64,000 nt of DNA from Eledone cirrhosa (Eukaryota): positions 25,048,001 to 25,112,000 of the forward strand of contig OZ024741.1 of assembly GCA_964016885.1 (NCBI GenBank). The letters run 5' to 3'. The notes below the pieces were generated by a model. The model had not been told where the DNA came from. It searched no databases and was given only the letters and a program-made list of their open reading frames with translations. The translations under genes were made by a program, and so were the position numbers. Positions 1-14,400 of this stretch are shown here, piece by piece; position 1 is the stretch's first letter; the number at the start of each line of letters is the position of its first letter.

Positions 1-3000
1 ATATGATAATGAAAGGGTTAAACAACATAGACAGTGTCTTTTATTAGAAATATGGCAATGCAAGGGTTAAACAACATAGACAGTGTGTTTTATTAGAAAT
101 ATGACAATGAAAGGGTTAAATAACATAGACAGTGTCTTTTATTAGAAATATGGTAATGAAAGGGTTAAACGACATAGACAGTGTCTTTTATTAGAAATAG
201 GGTAATGAAAGGGTTAAACAACATAGACAGTGTCTTTTATTAGAAATATGATAATGAAAGGGTTAAACAACATAGACAGTGTCTTTTATTAGAAATATGA
301 TAATGAAAGGGTTAAACAATATAGACAGTGTCTTTTATTAGAAATAGGGTAATGAAAGGGTTAAACAACATAGACAGTGTCTTTTATTAGAAATATGTTA
401 ATGAAAGGGTTTAACAACATAGACAGTGTCTTTTATTAGAAATATGATAATGAAAGGGTTAAACAACATAGATAGTGTCTTTCATTAGAAATATGGTAAT
501 GAAAGGATTAAACAAAATAGGCAATGTCTTCTATTAGAAATATGATAATGAAAGGGTTAAACAACATAGACAGTTTTGTTTATTAGAAATATGGTAATGA
601 AAGGGTAAAACAACATAGACAGTGTCTTTTATTAGAAATATGGTAATGAAAGTGTTAAACAACATAGACAGTGTCTTTTATTAGAAATGTGGGAATGAAA
701 GTGTTAAACAACATAGACAGTATCTTTTATTAGAAATGTGGTAATGAAAGGGTTAAACAACATAGACAGTGTCTTTTATTAGAAATGTGGTAATGAAAGG
801 GTTAAACAACATAGACAGTGTCTTTTATTAGAAATATGGTAATGAAAGGGTTAAACAACATAGACAGTGTCTTTTATTAGAAATATGGTAATGAAAGGGT
901 TAAACAACATAGATAGTGTCTTTTATTAGAAATATGGTAATGAAAGGGTTAAACAACATAGACAGTGTCTTTTATTAGAAATATGATAATGAAAGGGTTA
1001 AACAACATAGACAGTGTCTTTTATTAGAAATATGGTAATGAAAGTGTTAAACAACATAGACAGTGTCTTTTATTAGAAATATGGTAATGAAAGGGTTAAC
1101 CAACATAGACAGTGTCTCTTATTAGAAATATGATAATGAAAGGGTTAAACAACATAGATAGTGTCTTTCATTAGAAATATGGTAATGAAAGGGTTAAACA
1201 ACATAGGCAATGTCTTCTATTAGAAATATGATAATGAAAGGGTTAAATAACATAGACAGTTTCGTTTATTAGAAATATGGTAATGAAAGGGTTAAACAAC
1301 ATAGACAGTGTCTTTTATTAGAAATATGGTAATGAAAGGGTTAAACAACATAGACAGTGTCTTCTATTAGAAATATGATAATGAAAGGGTTAAACAACAT
1401 AGACAGTGTCTTTTATTAGAAATATGGTAATGAAAGTGTTAAACAACATAGACAGTGTCTTTTATTAGAAATATGGTAATGAAAGTGTTAAACAACATAG
1501 ACAGTGTCTTTTATTAGAAATGTGGTAATGAAAGTGTTAAACAACATAGACAGTATCTTTTATTAGAAATGTGGTAATGAAAGGGTTAAACAACATAGAC
1601 AGTGTCTTTTATTAGAAATATGATAATGAAAGGGTTAAACAACATAGACAGTGTCTTTTATTAGAAATATGGTAATGAAAGGGTTAAACAACATAGACAG
1701 TGTCTTTTATTAGAAATATGGTAATGAAAGGGTTAAACAACATAGATAGTGTCTTTTATTAGAAATATGGTAATGAAAGGGTTAAACAACATAGACAGTG
1801 TCTTTTATTAGAAATATGATAATGAAAGGGTTAAACAACATAGACAGTGTCTTTTATTAGAAATATGGTAATGAAAGTGTTAAACAACATAGACAGTGTC
1901 TTTTATTAGAAATATGGTAATGAAAGGGTTAACCAACATAGACAGTGTCTTCTATTAGAAATATGATAATGAAAGGGTTAAACAACATAGACAGTGTCTT
2001 TTATTAGAAATATGGCAATGCAAGGGTTAAACAACATAGACAGTGTGTTTTATTAGAAATATGACAATGAAAGGGTTAAACAACATAGACAGTATCTTTT
2101 ATTAGAAATGTGGTAATGAAAGGGTTAAACAACATAGACAGTGTCTTTTATTAGAAATATGATAATGAAAGGGTTAAACAACATAGACAGTGTCTTTTAT
2201 TAGAAATATGGTAATGAAAGGGTTAAACGACATAGACAGTGTCTTTTATTAGAAATAGGGTAATGAAAGGGTTAAACAACATAGACAGTGTCTTTTATTA
2301 GAAATATGATAATGAAAGGGTTAAACAACATAGACAGTGTATTTTATTAGAAATATGATAATGAAAGGGTTAAACGAAATAGACAGTGTCGTTTATTAGA
2401 AATAGGGTAATGAAAGGGTTAAACAACATAGACAGTGTCTTTTATTAGAAACATCATAATGAGAGGGTTAAACAACATAGACAGTGTCTTTTATTAGAAA
2501 TATGATAATGAAAGGGTTAAACAATATAGACAGTGTCTTTTATTAGAAATAGGGTAATGAAAGGGTTAAACAACATAGACAGTGTCTTTTATTAGAAATA
2601 TGTTAATGAAAGGGTTTAACAACATAGACAGTGTCTTTTATTAGAAATATGATAATGAAAGGGTTAAACAACATAGATAGTGTCTTTCATTAGAAATATG
2701 GTAATGAAAGGATTAAACAACATAGGCAATGTCTTCTATTAGAAATATGATAATGAAAGGGTTAAACAACATAGACAGTTTTGTTTATTAGAAATATGGT
2801 AATGAAAGGGTAAAACAACATAGACAGTGTCTTTTATTAGAAATATGGTAATGAAAGTGTTAAACAACATAGACAGTGTCTTTTATTAGAAATGTGGGAA
2901 TGAAAGTGTTAAACAAAATAGACAGTGTCTTTTATTAGAAATGTGGTAATGAAAGGGTTAAACAACATAGACAGTCTCTTACATTAGAAATATGGTAATG

Positions 3001-5429
3001 AAAGGGTTAAACAACATAGACAGTGTCTTTTATTAGAAATATGGTAATGCAAGCGTTAAACAACATAGACAGTGTCTTCTATTAGAAATATGGCAATGCA
3101 AGGGTTAAACAACATAGACAGTGTGTTTTATTAGAAATATGACAATGAAAGGGTTAAATAACATAGACAGTGTCTTTTATTAGAAATATGGTAATGAAAG
3201 GGTTAAACGACATAGACAGTGTCTTTTATTAGAAATATGATAATGAAAGGGTTAAACAACATAGATAGTGTCTTTCATTAGAAATATGGTAATGAAAGGA
3301 TTAAACAAAATAGGCAATGTCTTCTATTAGAAATATGATAATGAAAGGGTTAAACAACATAGACAGTTTTGTTTATTAGAAATATGGTAATGAAAGGGTA
3401 AAACAACATAGACAGTGTCTTTTATTAGAAATATGGTAATGAAAGTGTTAAACAACATAGACAGTGTCTTTTATTAGAAATGTGGGAATGAAAGTGTTAA
3501 ACAACATAGACAGTATCTTTTATTAGAAATGTGGTAATGAAAGGGTTAAACAACATAGACAGTGTCTTTTATTAGAAATGTGGTAATGAAAGGGTTAAAC
3601 AACATAGACAGTGTCTTTTATTAGAAATATGGTAATGAAAGGGTTAAACAACATAGACAGTGTCTTTTATTAGAAATATGGTAATGAAAGGGTTAAACAA
3701 CATAGATAGTGTCTTTTATTAGAAATATGGTAATGAAAGGGTTAAACAACATAGACAGTGTCTTTTATTAGAAATATGATAATGAAAGGGTTAAACAACA
3801 TAGACAGTGTCTTTTATTAGAAATATGGTAATGAAAGTGTTAAACAACATAGACAGTGTCTTTTATTAGAAATATGGTAATGAAAGGGTTAACCAACATA
3901 GACAGTGTCTCTTATTAGAAATATGATAATGAAAGGGTTAAACAACATAGATAGTGTCTTTCATTAGAAATATGGTAATGAAAGGGTTAAACAACATAGG
4001 CAATGTCTTCTATTAGAAATATGATAATGAAAGGGTTAAACAACATAGACAGTTTCGTTTATTAGAAATATGGTAATGAAAGGGTTAAACAACATAGACA
4101 GTGTCTTTTATTAGAAATATGGTAATGAAAGGGTTAAACAACATAGACAGTGTCTTCTATTAGAAATATGATAATGAAAGTGTTAAACAACATAGACAGT
4201 GTCTTTTATTAGAAATGTGGTAATGAAAGTGTTAAACAACATAGACAGTATCTTTTATTAGAAATGTGGTAATGAAAGGGTTAAACAACATAGACAGTGT
4301 CTTTTATTAGAAATATGATAATGAAAGGGTTAAACAACATAGACAGTGTCTTTTATTAGAAATATGGTAATGAAAGTGTTAAACAACATAGACAGTGTCT
4401 TTTATTAGAAATATGGTAATGAAAGTGTTAAACAACATAGACAGTGTCTTTTATTAGAAATGTGGTAATGAAAGTGTTAAACAACATAGACAGTATCTTT
4501 TATTAGAAATGTGGTAATGAAAGGGTTAAACAACATAGACAGTGTCTTTTATTAGAAATATGATAATGAAAGGGTTAAACAACATAGACAGTGTCTTTTA
4601 TTAGAAATATGGTAATGAAAGGGTTAAACAACATAGACAGTGTCTTTTATTAGAAATATGGTAATGAAAGGGTTAAACAACATAGATAGTGTCTTTTATT
4701 AGAAATATGGTAATGAAAGGGTTAAACAACATAGACAGTGTCTTTTATTAGAAATATGATAATGAAAGGGTTAAACAACATAGACAGTGTCTTTTATTAG
4801 AAATATGGTAATGAAAGTGTTAAACAACATAGACAGTGTCTTTTATTAGAAATATGGTAATGAAAGGGTTAACCAACATAGACAGTGTCTTCTATTAGAA
4901 ATATGATAATGAAAGGGTTAAACAACATAGACAGTGTCTTTTATTAGAAATATGGCAATGCAAGGGTTAAACAACATAGACAGTGTGTTTTATTAGAAAT
5001 ATGACAATGAAAGGGTTAAATAACATAGACAGTGTCTTTTATTAGAAATATGGTAATGAAAGGGTTAAACAACATAGACAGTGTCTTTTATTAGAAATAT
5101 GATAATGAAAGGGTTAAACGAAATAGACAGTGTCGTTTATTAGAAATAGGGTAATGAAAGGGTTAAACAACATAGACAGTGTCTTTTATTAGAAACATCA
5201 TAATGAGAGGGTTAAACAACATAGACAGTGTCTTTTATTAGAAATATGATAATGAAAGGGTTAAACAATATAGACAGTGTCTTTTATTAGAAATAGGGTA
5301 ATGAAAGGGTTAAACAACATAGACAGTGTCTTTTATTAGAAATATGTTAATGAAAGGGTTTAACAACATAGACAGTGTCTTTTATTAGAAATATGATAAT
5401 GAAAGGGTTAAACAACATAGATAGTGTCT

Positions 5430-8400
5430 TTCATTAGAAATATGGTAATGAAAGGATTAAACAACATAGGCAATGTCTTCTATTAGAAATATGATAATGA
5501 AAGGGTTAAACAACATAGACAGTTTTGTTTATTAGAAATATGGTAATGAAAGGGTAAAACAACATAGACAGTGTCTTTTATTAGAAATATGGTAATGAAA
5601 GTGTTAAACAACATAGACAGTGTCTTTTATTAGAAATGTGGGAATGAAAGTGTTAAACAAAATAGACAGTGTCTTTTATTAGAAATGTGGTAATGAAAGG
5701 GTTAAACAACATAGACAGTCTCTTACATTAGAAATATGGTAATGAAAGGGTTAAACAACATAGACAGTGTCTTTTATTAGAAATATGGTAATGCAAGCGT
5801 TAAACAACATAGACAGTGTCTTCTATTAGAAATATGGTAATGAAAGGGTTAAACAACATAGACAGTGTCTTTTATTAGAAATATGGTAATGAAAGGGTTT
5901 AACAACATATACAGTATCTTTTATTAGAAATGTGGTAATGAAAGGGTTAAACAACATAGACAGTGTCTTTTATTAGAAATATGTTAATGAAAGGGTTAAA
6001 CAACATAGACAGTGTCTCTTATTAGAAATATGATAATGAAAGGGTTAAACAACATAGATAGTGTCTTTCATTAGAAATATGGTAATGAAAGGGTTAAACA
6101 ACATAGGCAATGTCTTCTATTAGAAATATGATAATGAAAGGGTTAAACAACATAGACAGTTTCGTTTATTAGAAATATGGTAATGAAAGGGTTAAACAAC
6201 ATAGACAGTGTCTTTTATTAGAAATATGGTAATGAAAGGGTTAAACAACATAGACAGTGTCTTTTATTAGAAATATGGTAATGAAAGGGTTTAACAACAT
6301 AGACAGTGTCTTTTATTACAAATATGGTAATGAAAGGGTTTAACAACATAAACAGTATCTTTTATTAGAAATATGATAATGAAAGGGTTAAGTAACAGAG
6401 ACAGTGTGTTTTATTAGAAATATGATAATGAAAGGGTTAAACAACATAGACAGTGTCTTTTATTAGAAATATGGTAATGAAAGTGTTAAACAACATAGAC
6501 AGTGTCTTTTATTAGAAATGTGGTAATGAAAGTGTTAAACAAAATAGACAGTGTCTTTTATTAGAAATGTGGTAATGAAAGGGTTAAACAACATAGACAG
6601 TCTCTTACATTAGAAATATGGTAACGAAAGGGTTAAACAACATAGACAGTGTCTTTTATTAGAAATATGGTAATGCAAGCGTTAAACAACATAGACAGTG
6701 TCTTTTATTAGAAATATGGTAATGAAAGGGTTAAACAACATAGACAGTGTCTTTTATTAGAAATATGGTAATGAAAGGGTTTAACAACATATACAGTATC
6801 TTTTATTAGAAATGTGGTAATGAAAGGGTTAAACAACATAGACAGTGTCTTTTATTAGAAATATGTTAATGAAAGGGTTAAACAACATAGACAGTGTCTT
6901 TTATTAGAAATATGATAATGAAAGGGTTAAACAACATAGATAGTGTCTTTCATTAGAAATATGGTAATGAAAGGGTTAAACAACATAGGCAATGTCTTCT
7001 ATTAGAAATATGATAATGAAAGGGTTAAACAACATAGACAGTTTCGTTTATTAGAAATATGGTAATGAAAGGGTTAAACAACATAGACAGTGTCTTTTAT
7101 TAGAAATATGGTAATGAAAGGGTTAAACAACATAGAAAGTGTCTTTTATTAGAAATATGGTAATGAAAGGGTTAAACAACATAGATAGTGTGTTTTATTA
7201 GAAATATGGTAATGAAAGGGTTAAACAACATAGACAGTGTCTTTTATTAGAAATATGGTAATGCAAGAGTTAAACAACATAGACAGTGTCTTTTATTAGA
7301 AATATGGTAATGAAAGGGTTAAACAACATAGATAGTGTCTTTCATTAGAAATATGGTAATGAAAGGGTTAAATTACATAGGCAGTGTCTTCTATTAGAAA
7401 TATGATAATGAAAGGGTTAAACAACATAGACAGTGTCTTTTATTAGAAATATGGTAATGAAAGTGTTAAACAACATAGACAGTGTCTTTTATTAGAAATA
7501 TGGTAATGAAAGTGTTAAACAACATAGACAGTGTCTTTTATTAGAAATGTGGTAATGAATGTGTTAAACAACATAGACAGTATCTTTTATTAGAAATGTG
7601 GTAATGAAAGGGTTAAACAACATAGACAGTGTCTTTTATTAGAAATGTGGTAATGAAAGGGTTAAACAACATAGACAGTGTCTTTTATTAGAAATATGGT
7701 AATGAAAGATTTAAACAACATAGACAGTGTGTTTTATTAGAAATATGGTAATGAAAGGGTTAAACAACATGGACAGTGTCTTTTATTAGAAATATGATAA
7801 TGAAAGGGTTAAAAAACATAGACAGTGTCTTGTATTAGAAATATGGTAATGAAAGGGTTAAACAACATAGACAGTGTCTTTTATTAGAAATATGGTAATG
7901 AAAGGGTTAAACAACATAGACAGTGTCTTTTATTAGAAATTTGGTAATGAAAGGGTTAAACAACATAGACAATGTCTTTTATTGGAAATATGGTAATGAA
8001 AGGGTTAAACAACATAGACATTTTTTTTTATTAGAAATATGGTAATGAAAGGGTTAAACAACATAGACAGTGTCTTTTATTGGAAATATGATAATGAAAG
8101 GGTTAAACAACATAGACAGTGTCTTTTATTAGAAATATGGTAATGAAAGGGTTAAACAACATGGACAGTGTCTTTTATTAGAAATATGGTAATGAAAGGG
8201 TTAAACAACATAGACAGTGTCTTTTATTAGAAATATGATAATGAAAGGGTTAAACAACATAGACAGTGTCTTTTATTAGATATAGGGTAATGAAAGGGTT
8301 AAACAACATAGACAGTGTCTTTTTTTAGAAATATGGTAATGAAAGGATTAAACAACATAGACAGTGTCTTTTATTAGAAATATGGTAATGAAAGGGTTTA

Positions 8401-11400
8401 ACAACATAAACAGTATCTTTTATTAGAAATGTGGTAATGAAAGGGTTAAACAACATAGACAGTGTCTTTTATTAGAAATATGATAATGAAACGGTTAAAC
8501 AACATAGACAGTGTCTTTTATTAGAAATATGGTAATGAAAGGGTTAAACAACATAGACAGTGTTTTTTATTAGAAATATGGTAATGAAAGGTTTAAACAA
8601 CATAGACAGTGTCTTTTATTAGAAATATGGTAATGAAAGCGTTAAACAACATAGACAGTGTCTTTTATTAGAAATATGGTAATGAAAGGGTTACACAACA
8701 TAGACAGTGTCTTTTATTAGAAATATGGTAATGAAAGGGTTAAACAACATAGACAGTGTCTTTTATTAGAAATATGGTAATGAAAGGGTTAAAAACATAG
8801 ACAGTGTCTTTTATTAGAAATATGATAATGAAAGGGTTAAACAACATAGACAGTGTCTTTTATTAGAAATATGGTAATGAAAGGGTTAAACAACATAGAC
8901 AGTGTCTTTTATTAGAAATAGGGTAATGAAAGGGTTAAACAACATAGACAGTGTCTTTTATTAGAAATATGATAATGAAAGGGTTAAACAACATAGACAG
9001 TGTCTTTTATTAGAAATATGGTAATGAAAGGGTTAAACAACATAGATAGTGTCTTTTATTAGAAATATGGTAATGAAAGGGTTAAACAACATAGACAGTG
9101 TCTTTCATTAGAAATATGGTAATGAAAGGGTTAAATTACATAGGCAGTGTCTTCTATTAGAAATATGATAATGAAAGGGTTAAACAACATAGACAGTGTC
9201 TTTTATTAGAAATATGGTAATGAAAGTGTTAAACAACATAGACAGTGTCTTTTATTAGAAATGTGGTAATGAAAGTGTTAAACAACATAGACAGTATCTT
9301 TTATTAGAAATGTGGTAATGAAAGGGTTAAACAACATAGACAGTGTCTTTTATTAGAAATGTGGTAATGAAAGGGTTAAACAACATAGACAGTGTCTTTT
9401 ATTAGAAATATGGTAATGAAAGGGTTAAACAACATAGACAGTGTCTTTTATTAGAAATATGGTAATGAAAGGGTTAAACAACATAGACAGTGTCTTTTAT
9501 TAGAAATATGGTAATGAAAGGGTTAAACAACATAGACAGTGTCTTTTATTAGAAATATGATAATGAAAGGGTTAAACAACATAGACAGTGTCTTTTATTA
9601 GAAATATGGTAATGAAAGGGTTAAACAACATAGACAGTGTCTTTTATTAGAAATAGGGTAATGAAAGGGTTAAACAACATAGACAGTGTCTTTTATTAGA
9701 AATATGATAATGAAAGGGTTAAACAACATAGACAGTGTCTTTTATTAGAAATATGATAATGAAAGGGTTAAACAACATAGACAGTGTCTTTTATTAGAAA
9801 TATGGTAATGAAAGGGTTAAACAACATAGACAGTGTCTTTTATTAGAAATATGGTAATGAAAGGGTTAAACAACATAGATAGTGTCTTTTATTAGAAATA
9901 TGGTAATGAAAGGGTTAAACAACATAGACAGTGTCTTTTATTAGAAATATGGTAATGAAAGGGTTAAACAACATAGACAGTGTCTTTTATTAGAAATATG
10001 GTAATGAAAGGGTTAAACAACATAGACAGTGTCTTTTATTAGAAATATGGTAATGAAAGGGTTAAACAACATAGACAGTGTCTTTTATTAGAAATATGGT
10101 AATGAAAGGGTTAAACAACATAGACAGTGTCTTTTATTAGAAATATGGTAATGCAAGAGTTAAACAACATAGACAGTGTCTTTTATTAGAAATATGGTAA
10201 TGAAAGGGTTAAACAACATAGATAGTGTCTTTCATTAGAAATATGGTAATGAAAGGGTTAAATTACATAGGCAGTGTCTTCTATTAGAAATATGATAATG
10301 AAAGGGTTAAACAACATAGACAGTGTCTTTTATTAGAAATATGGTAATGAAAGTGTTAAACAACATAGACAGTGTCTTTTATTAGAAATATGGTAATGAA
10401 AGTGTTAAACAACATAGACAGTGTCTTTTATTAGAAATATGGTAATGAAAGTGTTAAACAACATAGACAGTGTCTTTTATTAGAAATATGGTAATGAAAG
10501 GGTTAAACAACATAGACAGTGTCTTCTATTAGAAATATGATAATGAAAGGGTTAAACAACATAGACAGTGTCTTTTATTAGAAATATGGCAATGCAAGGG
10601 TTAAACAACATAGACAGTGTGTTTTATTAGAAATATGACAATGAAAGGGTTAAATAACATAGACAGTGTCTTTTATTAGAAATATGGTAATGAAAGGGTT
10701 AAACGACATAGACAGTGTCTTTTATTAGAAATAGGGTAATGAAAGGGTTAAACAACATAGACAGTGTCTTTTATTAGAAATATGATAATGAAAGGGTTAA
10801 ACAACATAGACAGTGTCTTTTATTAGAAATATGATAATGAAAGGGTTAAACAACATAGAAAGTGTCTTTTATTAGAAATAGGGTAATGAAAGGGTTAAAC
10901 AACATAGACAGTGTCATTTATTAGAAATATGATAATGAAAGGGTTAAACAACATAGACAGTGTATTTTATTAGAAATATGATAATGAAAGGGTTAAACGA
11001 AATAGACAGTGTCGTTTATTAGAAATAGGGTAATGAAAGGGTTAAACAACATAGACAGTGTCTTTTATTAGAAACATCATAATGAGAGGGTTAAACAACA
11101 TAGACAGTGTCTTTTATTAGAAATATGATAATGAAAGGGTTAAACAATATAGACAGTGTCTTTTATTAGAAATAGGGTAATGAAAGGGTTAAACAACATA
11201 GACAGTGTCTTTTATTAGAAATATGTTAATGAAAGGGTTTAACAACATAGACAGTGTCTTTTATTAGAAATATGATAATGAAAGGGTTAAACAACATAGA
11301 TAGTGTCTTTCATTAGAAATATGGTAATGAAAGGATTAAACAACATAGGCAATGTCTTCTATTAGAAATATGATAATGAAAGGGTTAAACAACATAGACA

Positions 11401-14400
11401 GTTTTGTTTATTAGAAATATGGTAATGAAAGGGTTAAACAACATAGACAGTGTCTTTTATTACAAATATGGTAATGAAAGGGTTGAACAACATAGTCAGT
11501 GTCTTTTATTAGAAATATGGTAATGAAAGGGTAAAACAACATAGACAGTGTCTTTTATTAGAAATATGGTAATGAAAGTGTTAAACAACATAGACAGTGT
11601 CTTTTATTAGAAATGTGGGAATGAAAGTGTTAAACAAAATAGACAGTGTCTTTTATTAGAAATGTGGTAATGAAAGGGTTAAACAACATAGACTGTCTCT
11701 TACATTAGAAATATGGTAATGAAAGGGTTAAACAACATAGACAGTGTCTTTTATTAGAAATATGGTAATGCAAGCGTTAAACAACATAGACAGTGTCTTC
11801 TATTAGAAATATGGTAATGAAAGGGTTAAACAACATAGACAGTGTCTTTTATTAGAAATATGGTAATGAAAGGGTTTAACAACATATACAGTATCTTTTA
11901 TTAGAAATGTGGTAATGAAAGGGTTAAACAACATAGACAGTGTCTTTTATTAGAAATATGTTAATGAAAGGGTTAAACAACATAGACAGTGTCTCTTATT
12001 AGAAATATGATAATGAAAGGGTTAAACAACATAGATAGTGTCTTTCATTAGAAATATGGTAATGAAAGGGTTAAACAACATAGACAGTGTCTTTTATTAG
12101 AAATATGGTAATGAAAGGGTTAAAGAACATAGACAGTGTCTTCTATTAGAAATATGATAATGAAAGGGTTAAACAACATAGACAGTGTCTTTTATTAGAA
12201 ATATGGCAATGCAAGGGTTAAACAACATAGACAGTGTGTTTTATTAGAAATATGACAATGAAAGGGTTAAATAACATAGACAGTGTCTTTTATTAGAAAT
12301 ATGGTAATGAAAGGGTTAAACGACATAGACAGTGTCTTTTATTAGAAATAGGGTAATGAAAGGGTTAAACAACATAGACAGTGTCTTTTATTAGAAATAT
12401 GATAATGAAAGGGTTAAACAACATAGACAGTGTCTTTTATTAGAAATATGATAATGAAAGGGTTAAACAACATAGAAAGTGTCTTTTATTAGAAATAGGG
12501 TAATGAAAGGGTTAAACAACATAGACAGTGTCATTTATTAGAAATATGATAATGAAAGGGTTAAACAACATAGACAGTGTATTTTATTAGAAATATGATA
12601 ATGAAAGGGTTAAACGAAATAGACAGTGTCGTTTATTAGAAATAGGGTAATGAAAGGGTTAAACAACATAGACAGTGTCTTTTATTAGAAACATCATAAT
12701 GAGAGGGTTAAACAACATAGACAGTGTCTTTTATTAGAAATATGATAATGAAAGGGTTAAACAATATAGACAGTGTCTTTTATTAGAAATAGGGTAATGA
12801 AAGGGTTAAACAACATAGACAGTGTCTTTTATTAGAAATATGTTAATGAAAGGGTTTAACAACATAGACAGTGTCTTTTATTAGAAATATGATAATGAAA
12901 GGGTTAAACAACATAGATAGTGTCTTTCATTAGAAATATGGTAATGAAAGGATTAAACAACATAGGCAATGTCTTCTATTAGAAATATGATAATGAAAGG
13001 GTTAAACAACATAGACAGTTTTGTTTATTAGAAATATGGTAATGAAAGGGTTAAACAACATAGACAGTGTCTTTTATTACAAATATGGTAATGAAAGGGT
13101 TGAACAACATAGTCAGTGTCTTTTATTAGAAATATGGTAATGAAAGGGTAAAACAACATAGACAGTGTCTTTTATTAGAAATATGGTAATGAAAGTGTTA
13201 AACAACATAGACAGTGTCTTTTATTAGAAATGTGGGAATGAAAGTGTTAAACAAAATAGACAGTGTCTTTTATTAGAAATGTGGTAATGAAAGGGTTAAA
13301 CAACATAGACTGTCTCTTACATTAGAAATATGGTAATGAAAGGGTTAAACAACATAGACAGTGTCTTTTATTAGAAATATGGTAATGCAAGCGTTAAACA
13401 ACATAGACAGTGTCTTCTATTAGAAATATGGTAATGAAAGGGTTAAACAACATAGACAGTGTCTTTTATTAGAAATATGGTAATGAAAGGGTTTAACAAC
13501 ATATACAGTATCTTTTATTAGAAATGTGGTAATGAAAGGGTTAAACAACATAGACAGTGTCTTTTATTAGAAATATGTTAATGAAAGGGTTAAACAACAT
13601 AGACAGTGTCTCTTATTAGAAATATGATAATGAAAGGGTTAAACAACATAGATAGTGTCTTTCATTAGAAATATGGTAATGAAAGGGTTAAACAACATAG
13701 ACAGTGTCTTTTATTAGAAATATGGTAATGAAAGGGTTAAAGAACATAGACAGTGTCTTTTATTAGAAATATGGTAATGAAAGGGTTAAACAACATAGAC
13801 AGTTTCGTTTATTAGAAATATGGTAATGAAAGGGTTAAACAACATAGACAGTGTCTTTTATTAGAAATATGGTAATGAAAGGGTTAAACAACATAGACAG
13901 TATCTTTTATTAGAAATATGGTAATGAAAGGGTTTAACAACATAGACAGTGTCTTTTATTAGAAATATGGTAATGAAAGGGTTTAACAACATAAACAGTA
14001 TCTTTTATTAGAAATATGATAATGAAAGGGTTAAACAACATAGACAGTGTCTTTCATTAGAAATATGGTAATGAAAGGATTAAACAACATAGGCAATGTC
14101 TTCTATTAGAAATATGATAATGAAAGGGTTAAACAACATAGACAGTTTTGTTTATTAGAAATATGGTAATGAAAGGGTAAAACAACATAGACAGTGTCTT
14201 TTATTAGAAATATGGTAATGAAAGTGTTAAACAACATAGACAGTGTCTTTTATTAGAAATGTGGGAATGAAAGTGTTAAACAAAATAGACAGTGTCTTTT
14301 ATTAGAAATGTGGTAATGAAAGGGTTAAACAACATAGACAGTCTCTTACATTAGAAATATGGTAATGAAAGGGTTAAACAACATAGACAGTGTCTTTTAT

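Noticed and set aside
1-49. Telomeric repeat (GGGTTA within the monomer)
   Set aside because: Only one GGGTTA per 49 bp and no (TTAGGG)n run.
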